Shown: piece after piece, positions 11,849 to 23,868 of the stretch
Position numbering within the stretch: the first letter of the stretch is position 1
Layout of the letters: every line of letters begins with the position of its first letter
Origin: Basidiobolus meristosporus CBS 931.73
Lineage: Eukaryota; Fungi; Basidiobolomycota
Assembly: GCA_002104905.1 (NCBI GenBank)
Contig: MCFE01000031.1
Coordinates: 124,001-188,000 of the forward strand
Length of the DNA stretch: 64,000 bases
Direction: 5' to 3'
Position numbers and translations under genes: made by a program
Notes under the pieces: model-generated
Seen by the model: the letters and a program-made list of their open reading frames with translations, nothing else
What the model was told of the DNA's origin: nothing
Database searches by the model: none

Positions 11849-12472
11849 ATGGCTGCTCAAAAGACAAAGATCTTCATCATCATCCACACCGTCTACCATC
11901 ACATCTACAAACTCGCCCTTGCCATCAAGGAGGGTGTTGAGAAGGTCGACAATGTGGAGGTGTCAATCTTCCAGGTGCCCGAGACCCTGTCGCAGGAGAT
12001 TCTTGACAAGATGCATGCTCCACCCAAGCCCGACATTCCAGTGATCACACCAGAGCTCATGGAGGAAGCTGATGGCCTCATCTTCGGTATACCCACCAGA
12101 TACGGAGCCATGCCAGGCCAATGGAGAGCATTCTGGGATGCTACTGGCTCCTACTGGGCTCGTGGTGCCTACGCCAAGAAGATGGCCACCTTCTTCTTCT
12201 CCACCGCATCCCAACACGGTGGCCAAGAGACCACAGCCTTGACCTCCCTCACCACCCTTACCCACCATGGGATCATCTACGTGCCATTGGGCTTCACCTC
12301 ACCACACCTGACTGACAACAGCGAGGTGATTGGTGGAAGTGCTTATGGTGCCGGGACCATTGCCAACGGAGATGGCTCCAGAATGCCGTCAGCCAAGGAA
12401 TTGGAGGTAGCTGTTCACCAGGGAGAGTACTTCACCAGTATTGTTGCCCAGTACGTCCGTGGTAGAGAATAA
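11849..12472 (+). CDS. Quinone oxidoreductase copy 4, 207 aa (inverted relative to copies 1-3)
   Basis: ORF 11849-12472; promoter homologous to copies 1 and 2. Confidence 0.93.
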   Translation: MAAQKTKIFIIIHTVYHHIYKLALAIKEGVEKVDNVEVSIFQVPETLSQEILDKMHAPPKPDIPVITPELMEEADGLIFGIPTRYGAMPGQWRAFWDATGSYWARGAYAKKMATFFFSTASQHGGQETTALTSLTTLTHHGIIYVPLGFTSPHLTDNSEVIGGSAYGAGTIANGDGSRMPSAKELEVAVHQGEYFTSIVAQYVRGRE

Positions 12473-12972
12473 TTCACAGGCGATAAAGTCTGTTAGTACA
12501 TAAGTGTTCCGGTATATCCATAGAATTGAATATTGTATTCAAAGGTATTGATGGGGCAATGCTCATACTTGAGATTCCTCATAAATCATTTTCATGACTT
12601 CTGAATGCAAATAAACGCATACCATTGTTGAATTTAACCTGGGAAAGCTGCATGATAGGACATGCCCTAGCACTCAAAAAAAAACATATTGTACGAAGTA
12701 GCCTTGTCCAAATTGGTAATACGGTTTGCTCGGAGTAACTGACTTGCTTACACATACCATATTATTCTTGCGAATATTGAAAGTAACTAATGCGCGAAAT
12801 CTCTCTCTTAAGTCGAACGACGAATTAGTAGACATGGATTGATTAAACAAATAATTAAACGAAAACTAATCTTCATTGATCATTTAACATCACCCCTGGA
12901 GCGATCCATGATTTGTACATTGCGCATGAATATCAAACAACTGTCGAAGTTGTTAGATAGTTCAACAGTACA

Positions 12973-13641
12973 ATGTCAGGCTTCTATTTTGCGATTGTTG
13001 GGAACAAGGATAACCCAATCTATGAAGCTGAGATTGGCTCGCCAGCTAGAGAAGTTGCCAAGGTATTTGTTAGAAACCTGCTTTCTACATTCTTCTTAGC
13101 ACTTTATAAACCGTTACGATTTAGAATGACGACACAAAACATTTATATCAATTCGTGGCTCATAGCGCTTTAGACGTAGTAGATGAAATGATATGGACAA
13201 CGAATGCACTGTAAAGTGACTATTTAATTGCTCCTCTTCGCACGTTCCGAGCTTACTCATTTTACTTGTAGTTACTTGAAAACAGTCGACAAATACAACG
13301 ACTGGTTCGTCTCCGCTTATGTAACCCCTAGCAGTATCCTTTGCCTGTCACTATGATTTTCAAAATGCTCTACATTCAATGTATTATCCCTTCACCAGGT
13401 ACAACAGATGTTCGATTGCTGTTGCTTCATGAAGCCAAGAACGATGACGCCATCTTCAACTTTTTCAAAGATTGTCACGAGCTTTATATTCGGGTAAAGG
13501 TCACATTTCTTCAAAAGGTCCACGGTACATTCTTATCCTTTTCAATAGGCTTTGATGAACCCTTTCTATGAGCAAAACTCTTTGATCACCTCTACCAGCT
13601 TTGATACCAAAGTACGTGCTCTTGCCAGAAGATATCTTTGA
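12973..13641 (+). CDS. TRS20: TRAPP complex subunit 2 (sedlin/Trs20), 5 exons
   Basis: MSGFYFAIVGNKDNPIYE..HLYQFVAHSALDVVDE..YLKTVDKYNDWFVSAYVT..MNPFYEQNSLITSTSFDTKV. Confidence 0.93.
13334..13407 (+). other. U12-type GT-AG intron in TRS20
   Basis: Donor GTATCCTTTG; branch-like CCCTTCAC 13 nt from AG; phase 1, restores VTPS-N-VRLL. Confidence 0.8.
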
Positions 13642-14040
13642 TATTTGTACTTTAGCTGGATGCACGTACTATTTTAGTAGAGTTCCTTAAATCTAGTTAA
13701 CATGTAAATAAATGGCATCAGACGAGCTTTGTGATATCATAGCTTACGATCATCTCCTTTCCCTTCCCATACATGTTCAAACATTTTATTGTACTTTGAA
13801 ACGAAATATATATGAATCCTACAATCGATTTGTATCATGTAGATTATATTGATGACTAAACAACTATCGCAGAAATCTCTTTCAAGCCGTTTAACACCAA
13901 TCATATCACGCAGTGGTCATTGGGGGTATTTGATTAGCATGATTGTAAGAAAAAAAGAAATTCAGGGATACACCCCATTTCTTTGGTACAAATGGTTTCG
14001 TTATCTGAACCGCGGTTTGCGCGCTTTCAGTCTAGTAAAA

Positions 14041-15213
14041 ATGGCCAAGAAGAAGAGAAAGACTATTAGACCCTGGTGTTGGTATTGTGAACGTGATTTT
14101 GACGATGAGAAGGTTCTTATTCAACATCAGAAAGCAAAGCATTTCAAGTGCCCCCACTGCTCAAAAAAGCTTAACACTGCTGGTGGAATGGTTGTACACG
14201 TAGCTCAGGTCCATAAGGAAACCATCAGTAAAGTCCCAAATGCTCTAAAAGGGAGAGAATCCACAGATATTGAGATATTTGGAATGGAGGGAATCCCAGA
14301 GGAAGATCAAATCGCTCACTTACAAGCTATCGAAGGTGACAATCCTAGTAAGAGACTGAAGTCATCCGATTCTACCCCCGAGGTTCAAACTCCACCTGTA
14401 ACCATGGCTAGTTATCCACCTTCAGTTGGCGCTTCTTACAGTGTACCTCGTGCTCCACCTGCAGCGTACCCTAGCTATCCTGCTGGTTACATGGCTGCTC
14501 CTCAATATGCAGCGTACTATGGTGTTCCCGTACCACCATATCAAAATCCTTACGGATATAGACCTGGGTAATGACTGAATTTATATCTTTCAGACTAGTG
14601 TTCCTGAACTTACCTCTTTAAACAGGGTTCCTGCTCAATATGCCCAACCTGCTCACAATCCATGGGCTCGTCCGCCTGTACCCGGTGCTGCAATCCCTCC
14701 TCAAAATTACTATGCTCCACCTGCTCCACCGGCACCTGGGACTTCGCCATATACTCAGCCTGCTGCCGCACCCGTACCCACACCAGTACCTTCAACCGGT
14801 ATAGTACCTACTTCAACAACTTATCCTGCTTACACCACACAGCCCACCGCTCCTGTAGTGCCTAGTTCTTACGAACAAGTGGTACCACCTGCTGCTGGTG
14901 TTTTACCGACTGCTCTTGAGGAGGATACTTCCGCCACACCCATCTTAGCCACTTCTACACTAGCTGCCCCAACCCAAGGGAAATCCAGTACTGTGTTGGT
15001 TTACAATGATTCCGAACTATCCATTGTAAGAGGCCATATTCCTTGTCATCTGTGTAAACATTGATGTTAACCGAGCTCTTCTCACTATAGGAGGAAACTA
15101 GAGCACGATTGGACAAATACCGTTATACTGATGAAGACATCAAAAGACAGGTGGAGCAACTTGATCTTTCGATTGAATCACGTCTTGCCGGATTTAAAGG
15201 CAAATCGTCATAA
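14041..15213 (+). CDS. ZNF207: BuGZ/ZNF207-like C2H2 zinc-finger protein, 3 exons
   Basis: [48 protein letters not shown]; Pro-rich middle; GLEBS-like [13 protein letters not shown]. Confidence 0.88.
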
Positions 15214-15827
15214 AGCTTAATTCCGCTAATTTGACCTTCATGTTTCTTATGTTGACGACGTTTGGAGTCCATGATAGCGAGTTGAACGGTATTTGTAAAT
15301 ATGACACGGGGAAATTTCTCCACCCGGTAAGGTATGCGATGCCTGGTAAGAGCTCTTGTACTGTCATCATTGCCGTTATACGGTGGCAACGCCATCCGTA
15401 GCACTCCCCCGTCTTTGTTTATATAAAAGAATCTTTAGAAAAGCTCCATATTAAATCCTCTTTTTGGCTTAGTTCTTATACACAAAAGGCAGCATCGTGT
15501 TGATCTTCAAAGGGTCTGTATAAGAAACGATAGTGATTTTCCAAATGTAAACTGAGTGGGAATGCAACCTTTTTTAGTGAATCGACAGCTTTCTTTCTCT
15601 TAATCAAATCAGCGCAAATATTTGCTCAAGGTTAGTTTATTCCATTCCTGAACGAATATTGTGGTGCCGATCAGTGAACAAACACAACATAATAAACTAT
15701 CGCGAATTCTGTGTCATCCACGCGTTTTTTGTTGGCTAGTTCATTGGATATGATCAGTAAACAAACCAACACTACATCTATGTTTGGTACGAGGCTAGCT
15801 TGACCTTGGATTTTTTATTGTTGGGAC

Positions 15828-16777
15828 ATGGAGGACTACTACGATGTTGATGCCATCCTTGCGGAACAACAAGTATGATGTTGGCCTTTTCCTCAGTAAG
15901 ACGCCGCTAACCTAGAAACCAACCGTTTAGAGATTACCACTGATATTCAAAATACACGCCGAAGGCTTAGGCTATCTTGATGGATCAGAGGAGCCTGATG
16001 TACGTTCAAGGGTTTTGCTAAATAATCTTGTACCGATTATCCGACTTACTCCATCCCTTTATGTTAGTTAGCAGAGAATACTCGACTTGAACTCCCCTTC
16101 TGGCTAGTCAAGCAACTTGCGCAGCAGTAAGTACTCAGCAGTGGAGAAGTACAACTTCACCGTACTCACGCTGCTTTTTAGCCGAGAATGGTTTGAGGTG
16201 GAGATACCAAAGTGCTACGGAGCCAAAGTACGAAACAGCCTAAGGGCCTGCTCAACCAATGTCAACTTCCACTCACTGAATCCATACTATTACTTGTACG
16301 GATTGCTGCTGGTAGATCTGTATCCTCAATGTGACGAGTGTTATTCGGAAACCAGTCTTCTTTGAAACTTTATCCCTTAACTCTTAACTGATGTTTCAGC
16401 CTTGACGACGTTGACCTAAACATGGTGCTCGCAGACGTAAGCCAATTGACACCATCGAGGAAGCGCATTTGAACTGATCAGTAGCATGTAGGCTTTCAAA
16501 GCACGGATCCAGCTAATCATGGACTACACCCAAACCGTCCAGAACCGAGTCCAGGCAGAATTTGTCACCATATTGGACGAGACAGAGAAAGAATGTGCGT
16601 GAGGGAGTTCCAATGGATTCGAAATAACCCAGAGTCTAACCAACATCATACGTTCATTATCTAGTGTACAAAATCGGCGCGGACAGTCAAGCAGCCCTTC
16701 GTAAATGGAACAACCGAACGCTGTTTCGACTCAAGACCGCAGAGGTTTTGCAGATCCATGGGAAATCGACCTTCTGA
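15828..16777 (+). CDS. PSF3: GINS complex subunit Psf3, 7 exons
   Basis: MEDYYDVDAILAEQQ-RLP; LELPFWL; NFHSLNPYYYLYG; LDETEKELYK. Confidence 0.88.
16320..16399 (+). other. U12-type GT-AG intron in PSF3
   Basis: Donor GTATCCTCA; branch CCCTTAAC and CTCTTAAC, the latter 12 nt from AG; read-through hits a stop. Confidence 0.72.
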
Positions 16778-16832
16778 AAGCCTGGGACTCCACCTTGCCC
16801 TGTGTAATCTTTCACACTTCCCAAGCTCATGT

Positions 16833-16868
16833 AATGATGATGATGATAGTGATAATAATAATAATAAT
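16833..16868 (+). repeat. (GAT)n/(AAT)n microsatellite
   Basis: aatgatgatgatgatagtgataataataataataat. Confidence 0.8.
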
Positions 16869-17918
16869 ATTAATTGCCCAATGAGTCAGATTGCATATTC
16901 GTAGTTTCTTAGGGAAATGACCACCACAAGGGATTGCTTGGTGGAAAGTCCCGGGAGAAGTTTACACAGGCACCACCACAAACCACCTGCTCAACCCACA
17001 GATCGAAATTGGATAGACATGCACAAAGCGCCTCCCACGATGCAACCCTCATATTACTGATCATGATTACATCCAGCTACGACCCTTCAAACCCTACCCA
17101 CACGCTAGCTACCTTCACTACCTACCTTATCAGTACATCTATCTACGCCCAAAGCTATGTAGAATAACGGGTATTAGTAATTGGTGGGTTATCGATTCCT
17201 AATCAGATGAATAACAGCGATAACGCGCATCATTTGGTCCTACAACTACTCGCAGCGGTAATTCCTTGTGGCCCAGTGACGAATGATGAAAGCAGCAGCC
17301 ACGTGAATTGATCGAAATATCACGATTAGTCTAAATGTGGCGAGGGGTCAGGAAATAGGTTGTCGAGCGCTCAACGGAGGTAATAATAGGGAATTTGGAA
17401 AGAATCTGAGCCCAATCAAAATTATCCAAATCTCCCCAACTTGCCGGCGAGCTGGGGTAGATCAGCGCAATGTATATCTTGGTCTCGACAAATCGATAAT
17501 AACCTCCAGTTGGGCCCTGTTGGAAAGTGGGGAGATTGTGGGGTTTCTTCCGTCGTTTTCGCGACTGAATGCCACAATGGCTTTCGTAGATGCACTCTCG
17601 AGAAACTGATTGATGTAGAGCGCCTCTGGTGTGGCTCCGTGTGGTATAATGCTTGTTGTGAGTTGGATTTGCACGTCAAAAGCGTCAAAGGCGACCGGAT
17701 TTATCAGCAACCCGCATATGGGCCAAGGATCGATCGGATTCGGAACAACTCACACTTTCCCCTATTGTATCCACGCTTAATTTCATCACTGATTTTTTGC
17801 TTCTGGTGTACCTTCCATTTGAGGCGCATGCTTATATAAAGTTTGGTATTTTACCATTTCCCGCCAGTCTGTCACTCTTGATATTTACTCGGCGTTTTTC
17901 GCTTCCCGACTACAAACT

Positions 17919-19785
17919 ATGCAGAGCCAACGTGTGTTTAGAGGTTGGGATACTGGTACTATCAAGTGAACATATGCGTTCTGTTTCTAACTGCGTGCCC
18001 ATTTAGCTGCCACTTCTGTTGCTCGCCGCTCCCTCCTCCTCTCCACCTCTAGAGCCTACTCCTCCGTTTCTGCCGCTGCCCAGCCAGTCAAGAAATCCAA
18101 ATGGAGATACGTAACTCGTGGTGCCCTCGGGCTATCTGTTGGTGCTGTTGGTCTTGTCGGTTACAGTGAGTTTATATCCAAGAATAGCCTGGCGCAGTGG
18201 CCACCAGTACTAATCCTTTCAAAACTTAGCCGCCTATTCGCAGCGTCACCCACCTGCTCAAGCGGAATTTGATCCTTCGAAGAAGACTTTGGTCATCCTG
18301 GGTACTGGTTGGGGTTCCACCTCTATCTTGAGAGAACTCGATACCGATAAATTCAATGTGGTTCGTATTCCTACTTTCCTGTGGCCGTCTTGTGTTCTCT
18401 CACTTACGGTTTCTTCCCTGGCTTAGGTTGTCGTTTCCCCCAGAAACTATTTCCTCTTCACTCCTTTGTTGCCAAGCTGCACTGTCGGCACCATCGAGAA
18501 TCGCTCCATCATGGAGCCAATTAGATACATCACGCGTCACAAGAAGAGAGAGGTCCATCTCTTCGAAGGTGACTGTACTGACATTGATCCAGTCAACAAG
18601 ACCATTACAGTGAGCGGTATGTAGCCAAGAGGAGCCCATTTTTTGGCGTAGCAAGGTCCTAACCATTGAACGTAACTAGATAACTCTGAAATCAAGGGAG
18701 CCGTCAGCAACACCACCTTGAAGTACGACTACCTTGTTGTTGGTGTTGGTGCCGAGAACCAGACTTTCGGTGTTCCAGGAGTTCGCGAATACGGTTGTTT
18801 CCTGAAGGAGATTTGGGATGCCAAGAAGATTCGCGCTAGATTGATGGACTGTTCGTAGTGCTTACTTGACCCTTTTTTGTAATGGCCTTCACTCAACGCA
18901 GTTTCTGATTTAACAGGCATCGAGACAGCCGCTTTTGGTGACCAGCCCGAGGAGGAGAAGAACAGACTGTTACACATGGTCGTTGTCGGTGGTGGACCCA
19001 CTGGTGTCGAGTACGCCGCTGAGTTGCACGATTTCTTGACCGATGACCTTGCCGTGTGGTATCCTGATATCGCAGGAAGAATCAAGATCACCCTTATCGA
19101 GGCCATGCCCAATGTCCTGCCTTCTTTCTCCAAGCAGTTGATCGAATACACCGAGTCCACCTTCTCCGAAAACGAGATCAAGGTGCTTACCAAAACCGCA
19201 GTCAAGGAGGTCAACGAAAAGAACATCGTCGTCGAGAAGGCTGACAAAACTCGCGAGAACATTCCCTACGGACTTTTGGTCTGGGCCACTGGTAACACCG
19301 CTCGTCCCATAGTCAAGGGATTGATGGAGAAATTGCCCGAAGCACAGACAGGCAGACGTGGTCTCCTAGTCGATGATCACTTGATGTTGCTTGGTGCTAA
19401 GGATATCTTTGCCCTTGGTGATTGCACCTTCACCAAGTATCCTCCTCTTGCTCAGGTTGCCAATCAACAAGGTACCTACCTTGGCAAGTTGCTGAACGAA
19501 ATTGCCGACAAACAGGAAGCCAGCCAGAAGGAGGTTGCTGAAATCAAGGAGGAGTTGAACACTTTCACATACTCCCACAGCGGATCCTTGGCCTACATCG
19601 GTGCCGAGAAGGCCATTGCCGATTTCCCCATCATGCATGGCAACATTTCCGCCGGTGGGTTGGCCACCTTCATGGTGTGGAGAAGCGCATACCTTTCCAA
19701 GTTGTTCTCGGTCCGCCAGAAGACTTTGGTCTTTGCCGATTGGTGCAAACAGAAGATCTTCGGTAGAGACATTGGACGGGAGTAA
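17919..19785 (+). CDS. NDE1: Mitochondrial type II (alternative) NADH dehydrogenase, 6 exons
   Basis: Presequence; [55 protein letters not shown]. Confidence 0.92.
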
Positions 19786-20345
19786 ATGGCAGTGGTTGTC
19801 ACTCTTTACCATGTAATATTACTCTTCTCATATATTCGCAAAACTGCTCGCGCGGGTCCGGTCGCCTCATAGAATGTTATTTAATTTGATCTCTTTTCGT
19901 CAATAAAACGGTCGTTAATAATGGATTTCACGTGTTTGATACCGCTTCCCTGGAGGTGTAACCCACCGCTTGTGTGATGTGGTACAAGGTAGCAGATACG
20001 GGTAGTGGATGCATCGTGTCTTTCTTGTATCGGCGTTTTCCAAAAGAAGTTGGGTTTGATTTTAGAGCGTTAAGCAAGTATTTAATCAGCGTGGGGAAAA
20101 GGTGGTTAACGATGTGGTGAAATCATGTCTCAGTGGAGATGAATAATGACGTTGATAAATCTTTGGCAGCCGATGATGGAATGGGTGACGGTCAGGTACA
20201 ACAAATAAGTGGACGTAACATTGCTTAGTGGCGGCGATCTACGGCTTTGAAGTGTCAGAATCATTCTGACCTCATCCTACGCGGTTGCATATAAAAATGG
20301 CAGTCGGCTCGACATACAACTCAGAATTCACTACACTCCTCCACA

Positions 20346-20702
20346 ATGGCCAGTACCGTCCCTAGAAACCGCGGCTTCCTGAAGATGCTAACCATCGATC
20401 CTAGCAACATTCCCTTGCTTGCAATCATGTCTGGGGTGTTTGGCACCGTTGGGTATATGATAGGACGCAAAAACATGAATGCTGTTCCTGATCAGAACAT
20501 CCGTTTGGCCTCCACAAATCCCCATCCATGGAATGAGGACAACCCTAAGAATGCCAACTACAAGTACAAATACAAGAAGGGTGATCACCCAGAGGCTGAG
20601 GAGGTGCATGCCCCCAGTGCAGTCAACACCACCTACGTTAATGCCAAACTCGATCAGGAAGCCCACGAGCAGCTTCCATCCTCTGTGAAAACCAGCCGTT
20701 AA
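20346..20702 (+). CDS. Small membrane protein, NDUFA4/B12D (MLRQ)-like
   Basis: PSNIPLLAIMSGVFGTVGYMIGRK single TM followed by PDQNIRL..NPHPW; good ATG context and TATA-like site upstream. Confidence 0.55.
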   Translation: MASTVPRNRGFLKMLTIDPSNIPLLAIMSGVFGTVGYMIGRKNMNAVPDQNIRLASTNPHPWNEDNPKNANYKYKYKKGDHPEAEEVHAPSAVNTTYVNAKLDQEAHEQLPSSVKTSR

Positions 20703-21056
20703 GTAAATACGTTGTTGTACTATACATCTCTCCCTAGTCATGTAACCTTATTGTCCCCACGAATCAATGAATTAAATTTCGAACATGAATCGTGCAGGAA
20801 TTGTACACACTTTTAGTGCAAGGGAGTGTGGGCATTAAGCCGTATTGGGAATGGAAATATGCAAAGAGTGCTAGCTCTGAGACAGCCAGCCTGTGGAATG
20901 GCTGACCTAATGATGCTTTTGAGGTATAAATGAATAGGCGGGGGGAGGTGGGAGAATATGGAATTCGGGGGCGCGTGGCAGTTACGAACATTTAAATAAG
21001 GTCTCCCGAAAGGTGAAGCAACAGTAACCATCGACCTCCACTCGTTGTCTATCGCG

Positions 21057-21623
21057 ATGATTCGTATATTGTGTTTGCTAGCTTCATTGTTCGTCACAGC
21101 TGTACTAGGGGATTTTTCCATCACTAGCCCAGTGAGCGCTGTATGGAAGGCTGGGACCCAGGAGGAAATCAAATGGAAGGAGGACGCTGGGGGCGATGCA
21201 ACGCCTGGGTTGGTTGACCTGCAGTTACTTACCGGCGCGTCCAACAATCTCACGGTTGTCCTTACTATCGATGTTAACATCAACAGCACTCCTGGCTCAT
21301 ACAAATGGAATATTCCTGGTCAAATTCCGGAAGGGAATCAGTATGTGCTGAGAATAGGGTCCGGAAAGAATCAGAAATACAGCCCATACTTCATCATCCT
21401 GAATCCTGTTGTTGCTGCTGGCACTCCATACACTGGACCCAAAGGGCCAGCCGGTAGCTCCGAAAACAGCGGTAACTCACCCGTCTTGAATGCCAAGAGT
21501 GGAGTGAACAACGGAAGTACGGATGCCAACTCCAAGCCATCCGCTGCCTCCCTATCTTTACCCAGCCTCTCCATCATTGCACCCGCCCTCATCTTATCCA
21601 TCGGGATTTGGGTCGAATATTGA
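21057..21623 (+). CDS. Secreted, probably GPI-anchored Kre9/Knh1-like Ser/Thr-rich protein
   Basis: Signal peptide, FSITSP..VWKAG..IKW..GSYKWNIP..YVLRI..YSPYFII fold, S/G/N linker, hydrophobic C-terminus. Confidence 0.8.
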   Translation: MIRILCLLASLFVTAVLGDFSITSPVSAVWKAGTQEEIKWKEDAGGDATPGLVDLQLLTGASNNLTVVLTIDVNINSTPGSYKWNIPGQIPEGNQYVLRIGSGKNQKYSPYFIILNPVVAAGTPYTGPKGPAGSSENSGNSPVLNAKSGVNNGSTDANSKPSAASLSLPSLSIIAPALILSIGIWVEY

Positions 21624-21913
21624 ATTGAACTGTAATGCTACCATAGACTCTGGTCAATCCATAAGTTTAGTAATAAATTTTTAAATCAACCTGTGAAGAA
21701 TTTTATCATCACTTGGGTGAAGTCGAGGTAGGACAAAGCTTGAATAAGGATGTTTTTAAACCGAATCATCTCGCCGACCATAATATCCGATAAATTGCCT
21801 CTGCGCCCCTTTGTATTTTCCGTGCCAACGTTTCTATTTACTTGCTAGTTGAGCGTGTATTCTGGACAAATACCGAGGACTTTATAAACGGAACAAGGTG
21901 GAGTGTGAAAAGA

Positions 21914-23737
21914 ATGGACAAGTACCAAGTATGATATCGTTTGCTCTCTGGTTCTTTCCCTTGGCTTGATTTTGCTCCACATACATTCGATGGCTATGGC
22001 ATGTCGTTGATCCCTTCCCATATCTCCCTTCTCACCTCGAATATGCACGATCCTCTTCAACTGTCACCGAGCTAACCTAAACTTCCTCTATTTTATTATC
22101 TATCCAAATCTCCGTCGTGTGCTTCCGTCTTACTCTTGCACTCTACCCCACCCGACCTTCACGAAACTCTCAATAGAAAATAGAAAAGCTAGGAGAAGGT
22201 AGGTTTCTCCGGCTGCTTACGAACATGAAGGAGAAAGTGAGTTACCATCCTTGCTAACGACTCGGTCGTAATTAGGCACATACGGTATTGTGTATAAAGC
22301 ACAGAACCGAGAAACCAGCGAAGTAGTAGCTTTGAAGCGGATACGATTGGATAATGAAGAGGAGGGGGTATGTTGACCTGAACCTTAGCTTCTATTTTAC
22401 GCTGAATACATGTATATTTTGCGCAATGCAGAGAAGACTGACGTTGGTTTCATTGTCTGAAGGTCCCGTGTACAGCTATTAGAGAAATATCCCTACTGAA
22501 GGAACTCAAACATCCAAATATTGTTAGGTGAGTACGATACCATGAAAAGCTGGGAGAGTTTGTATGCTCGCTTGGTTCAACAATGATTGGTTGTTGCTAA
22601 AGTTTCTTCCGACTGTTCAAAGGCTCTATGATGTTCTGCACACCGAGAAAAAGCTCACACTAGTGTTCGAATACCTAGACTCCGATCTGAAAAAATTCTT
22701 GGATACTTACGGTGGAGACATCGACGTGTTCACAATCAAGGTACATGCTCACTTACAGCAAGTGCTCAATCGTGGGTGTCGTTAATCATATCCTACTTGC
22801 TATTGCTATAGCAACTCATGTACCAACTGCTTCTGGGCATCGCCTTTTGTCACGAACATCGAGTGCTTCATAGAGTAAGAACAGCGATTGCTCTGGATTC
22901 CGTAGGCGTACCGGCTAACCTCTTCCACTAGGATCTGAAACCACAGAATCTGTTGATCAACAAAAAGAACGAACTCAAGCTAGCGGATTTTGGATTGGCA
23001 AGGGCATTTGGCATCCCAGTCAGAAGTTACTCGAATGAAGTGGTGACACTGTGGTATCGTGCCCCTGATGTGCTGATGGGCTCCCGACAGTACTCTACCT
23101 CCATCGATGTGTGGTCGGTTGGATGTATCTTTGCAGGTCTGTGAACGTTCTCGTCCAGTTGAGCAACTTCGGGATTACTCACATTGACATAGAAATGGCA
23201 TCCGGAAGACCTTTGTTCCCGGGAACATCCATTAATGACCAGCTAATGCGCATTTTCAAATATCCTTTTTAAACTTCTCTTGTGCGGCAATTCACGTGAC
23301 CCTGTTGTGCCCTTGACTTTCAGTTTACAGTGCAAGGAACGCCCACCGAGGAAACATGGCCTGGCGTCTCCCAGCTAGCGGACTTCAAGGTAGATCAATT
23401 ACCCTCGGTGTGCCGACACAACTACTAACCACTGGGTGTATAAACCAGAAGGACTTCCCTGTTTATCAGAAGGTACCACTAGAGACCCTCCTGCCCAAGC
23501 TAGATGTGCACGGGATAGATCTGATCAATGTGAGTGGGCGTAAGTATCGATGATATCCGTGACGACTGCTAATTGCTCTGTCCACAGAAACTACTCGAGC
23601 TCCAGCCAGAGAAAAGGATCAGCGCCGAGAACGCGCTTCAGCGTAAGTTATCCACAATCCACAGCATGCGAGATCCCGGTTGACAGGACTTCAATCCCAC
23701 AGATCCATACTTCGACGGGCTAAACAGGAAGGAATAA
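21914..23737 (+). CDS. CDK5: CDK5/Pho85-family cyclin-dependent kinase, 12 exons
   Basis: [62 protein letters not shown]. Confidence 0.88.
23260..23328 (+). other. U12-type AT-AC intron in CDK5
   Basis: Donor ATATCCTTTT; branch CCTTGAC ~12 nt from terminal AC; joins [11 protein letters not shown]. Confidence 0.92.
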
Positions 23738-23868
23738 CCAAGGAACACGTCCCGATCACCCATCAGAACCCACAAACCAGTTAATTTCTAATAAAGTCAA
23801 CAGAGTACTAGCAAAGAAAAGGCCAGTTTATTAAATCAACAAATGGAATCAACTGTTGAGGAAGGGAT

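Larger units (their letters stand above)
10469..12505. repeat. Inverted repeat: arms ~10469-11107 and ~11867-12505, spacer ~760 bp
   Basis: Copies 3 and 4 plus ~33 bp of 3' flank are reverse complements. Spot-checked segments are identical. Confidence 0.9.

Noticed and set aside
8215-12268. Repeated antisense and alternate-frame ORFs (MVGKGGEGG.., MAPYLVG.., MESILGC..)
   Set aside because: Shadows of the quinone reductase codon bias, repeated because the genes are repeated
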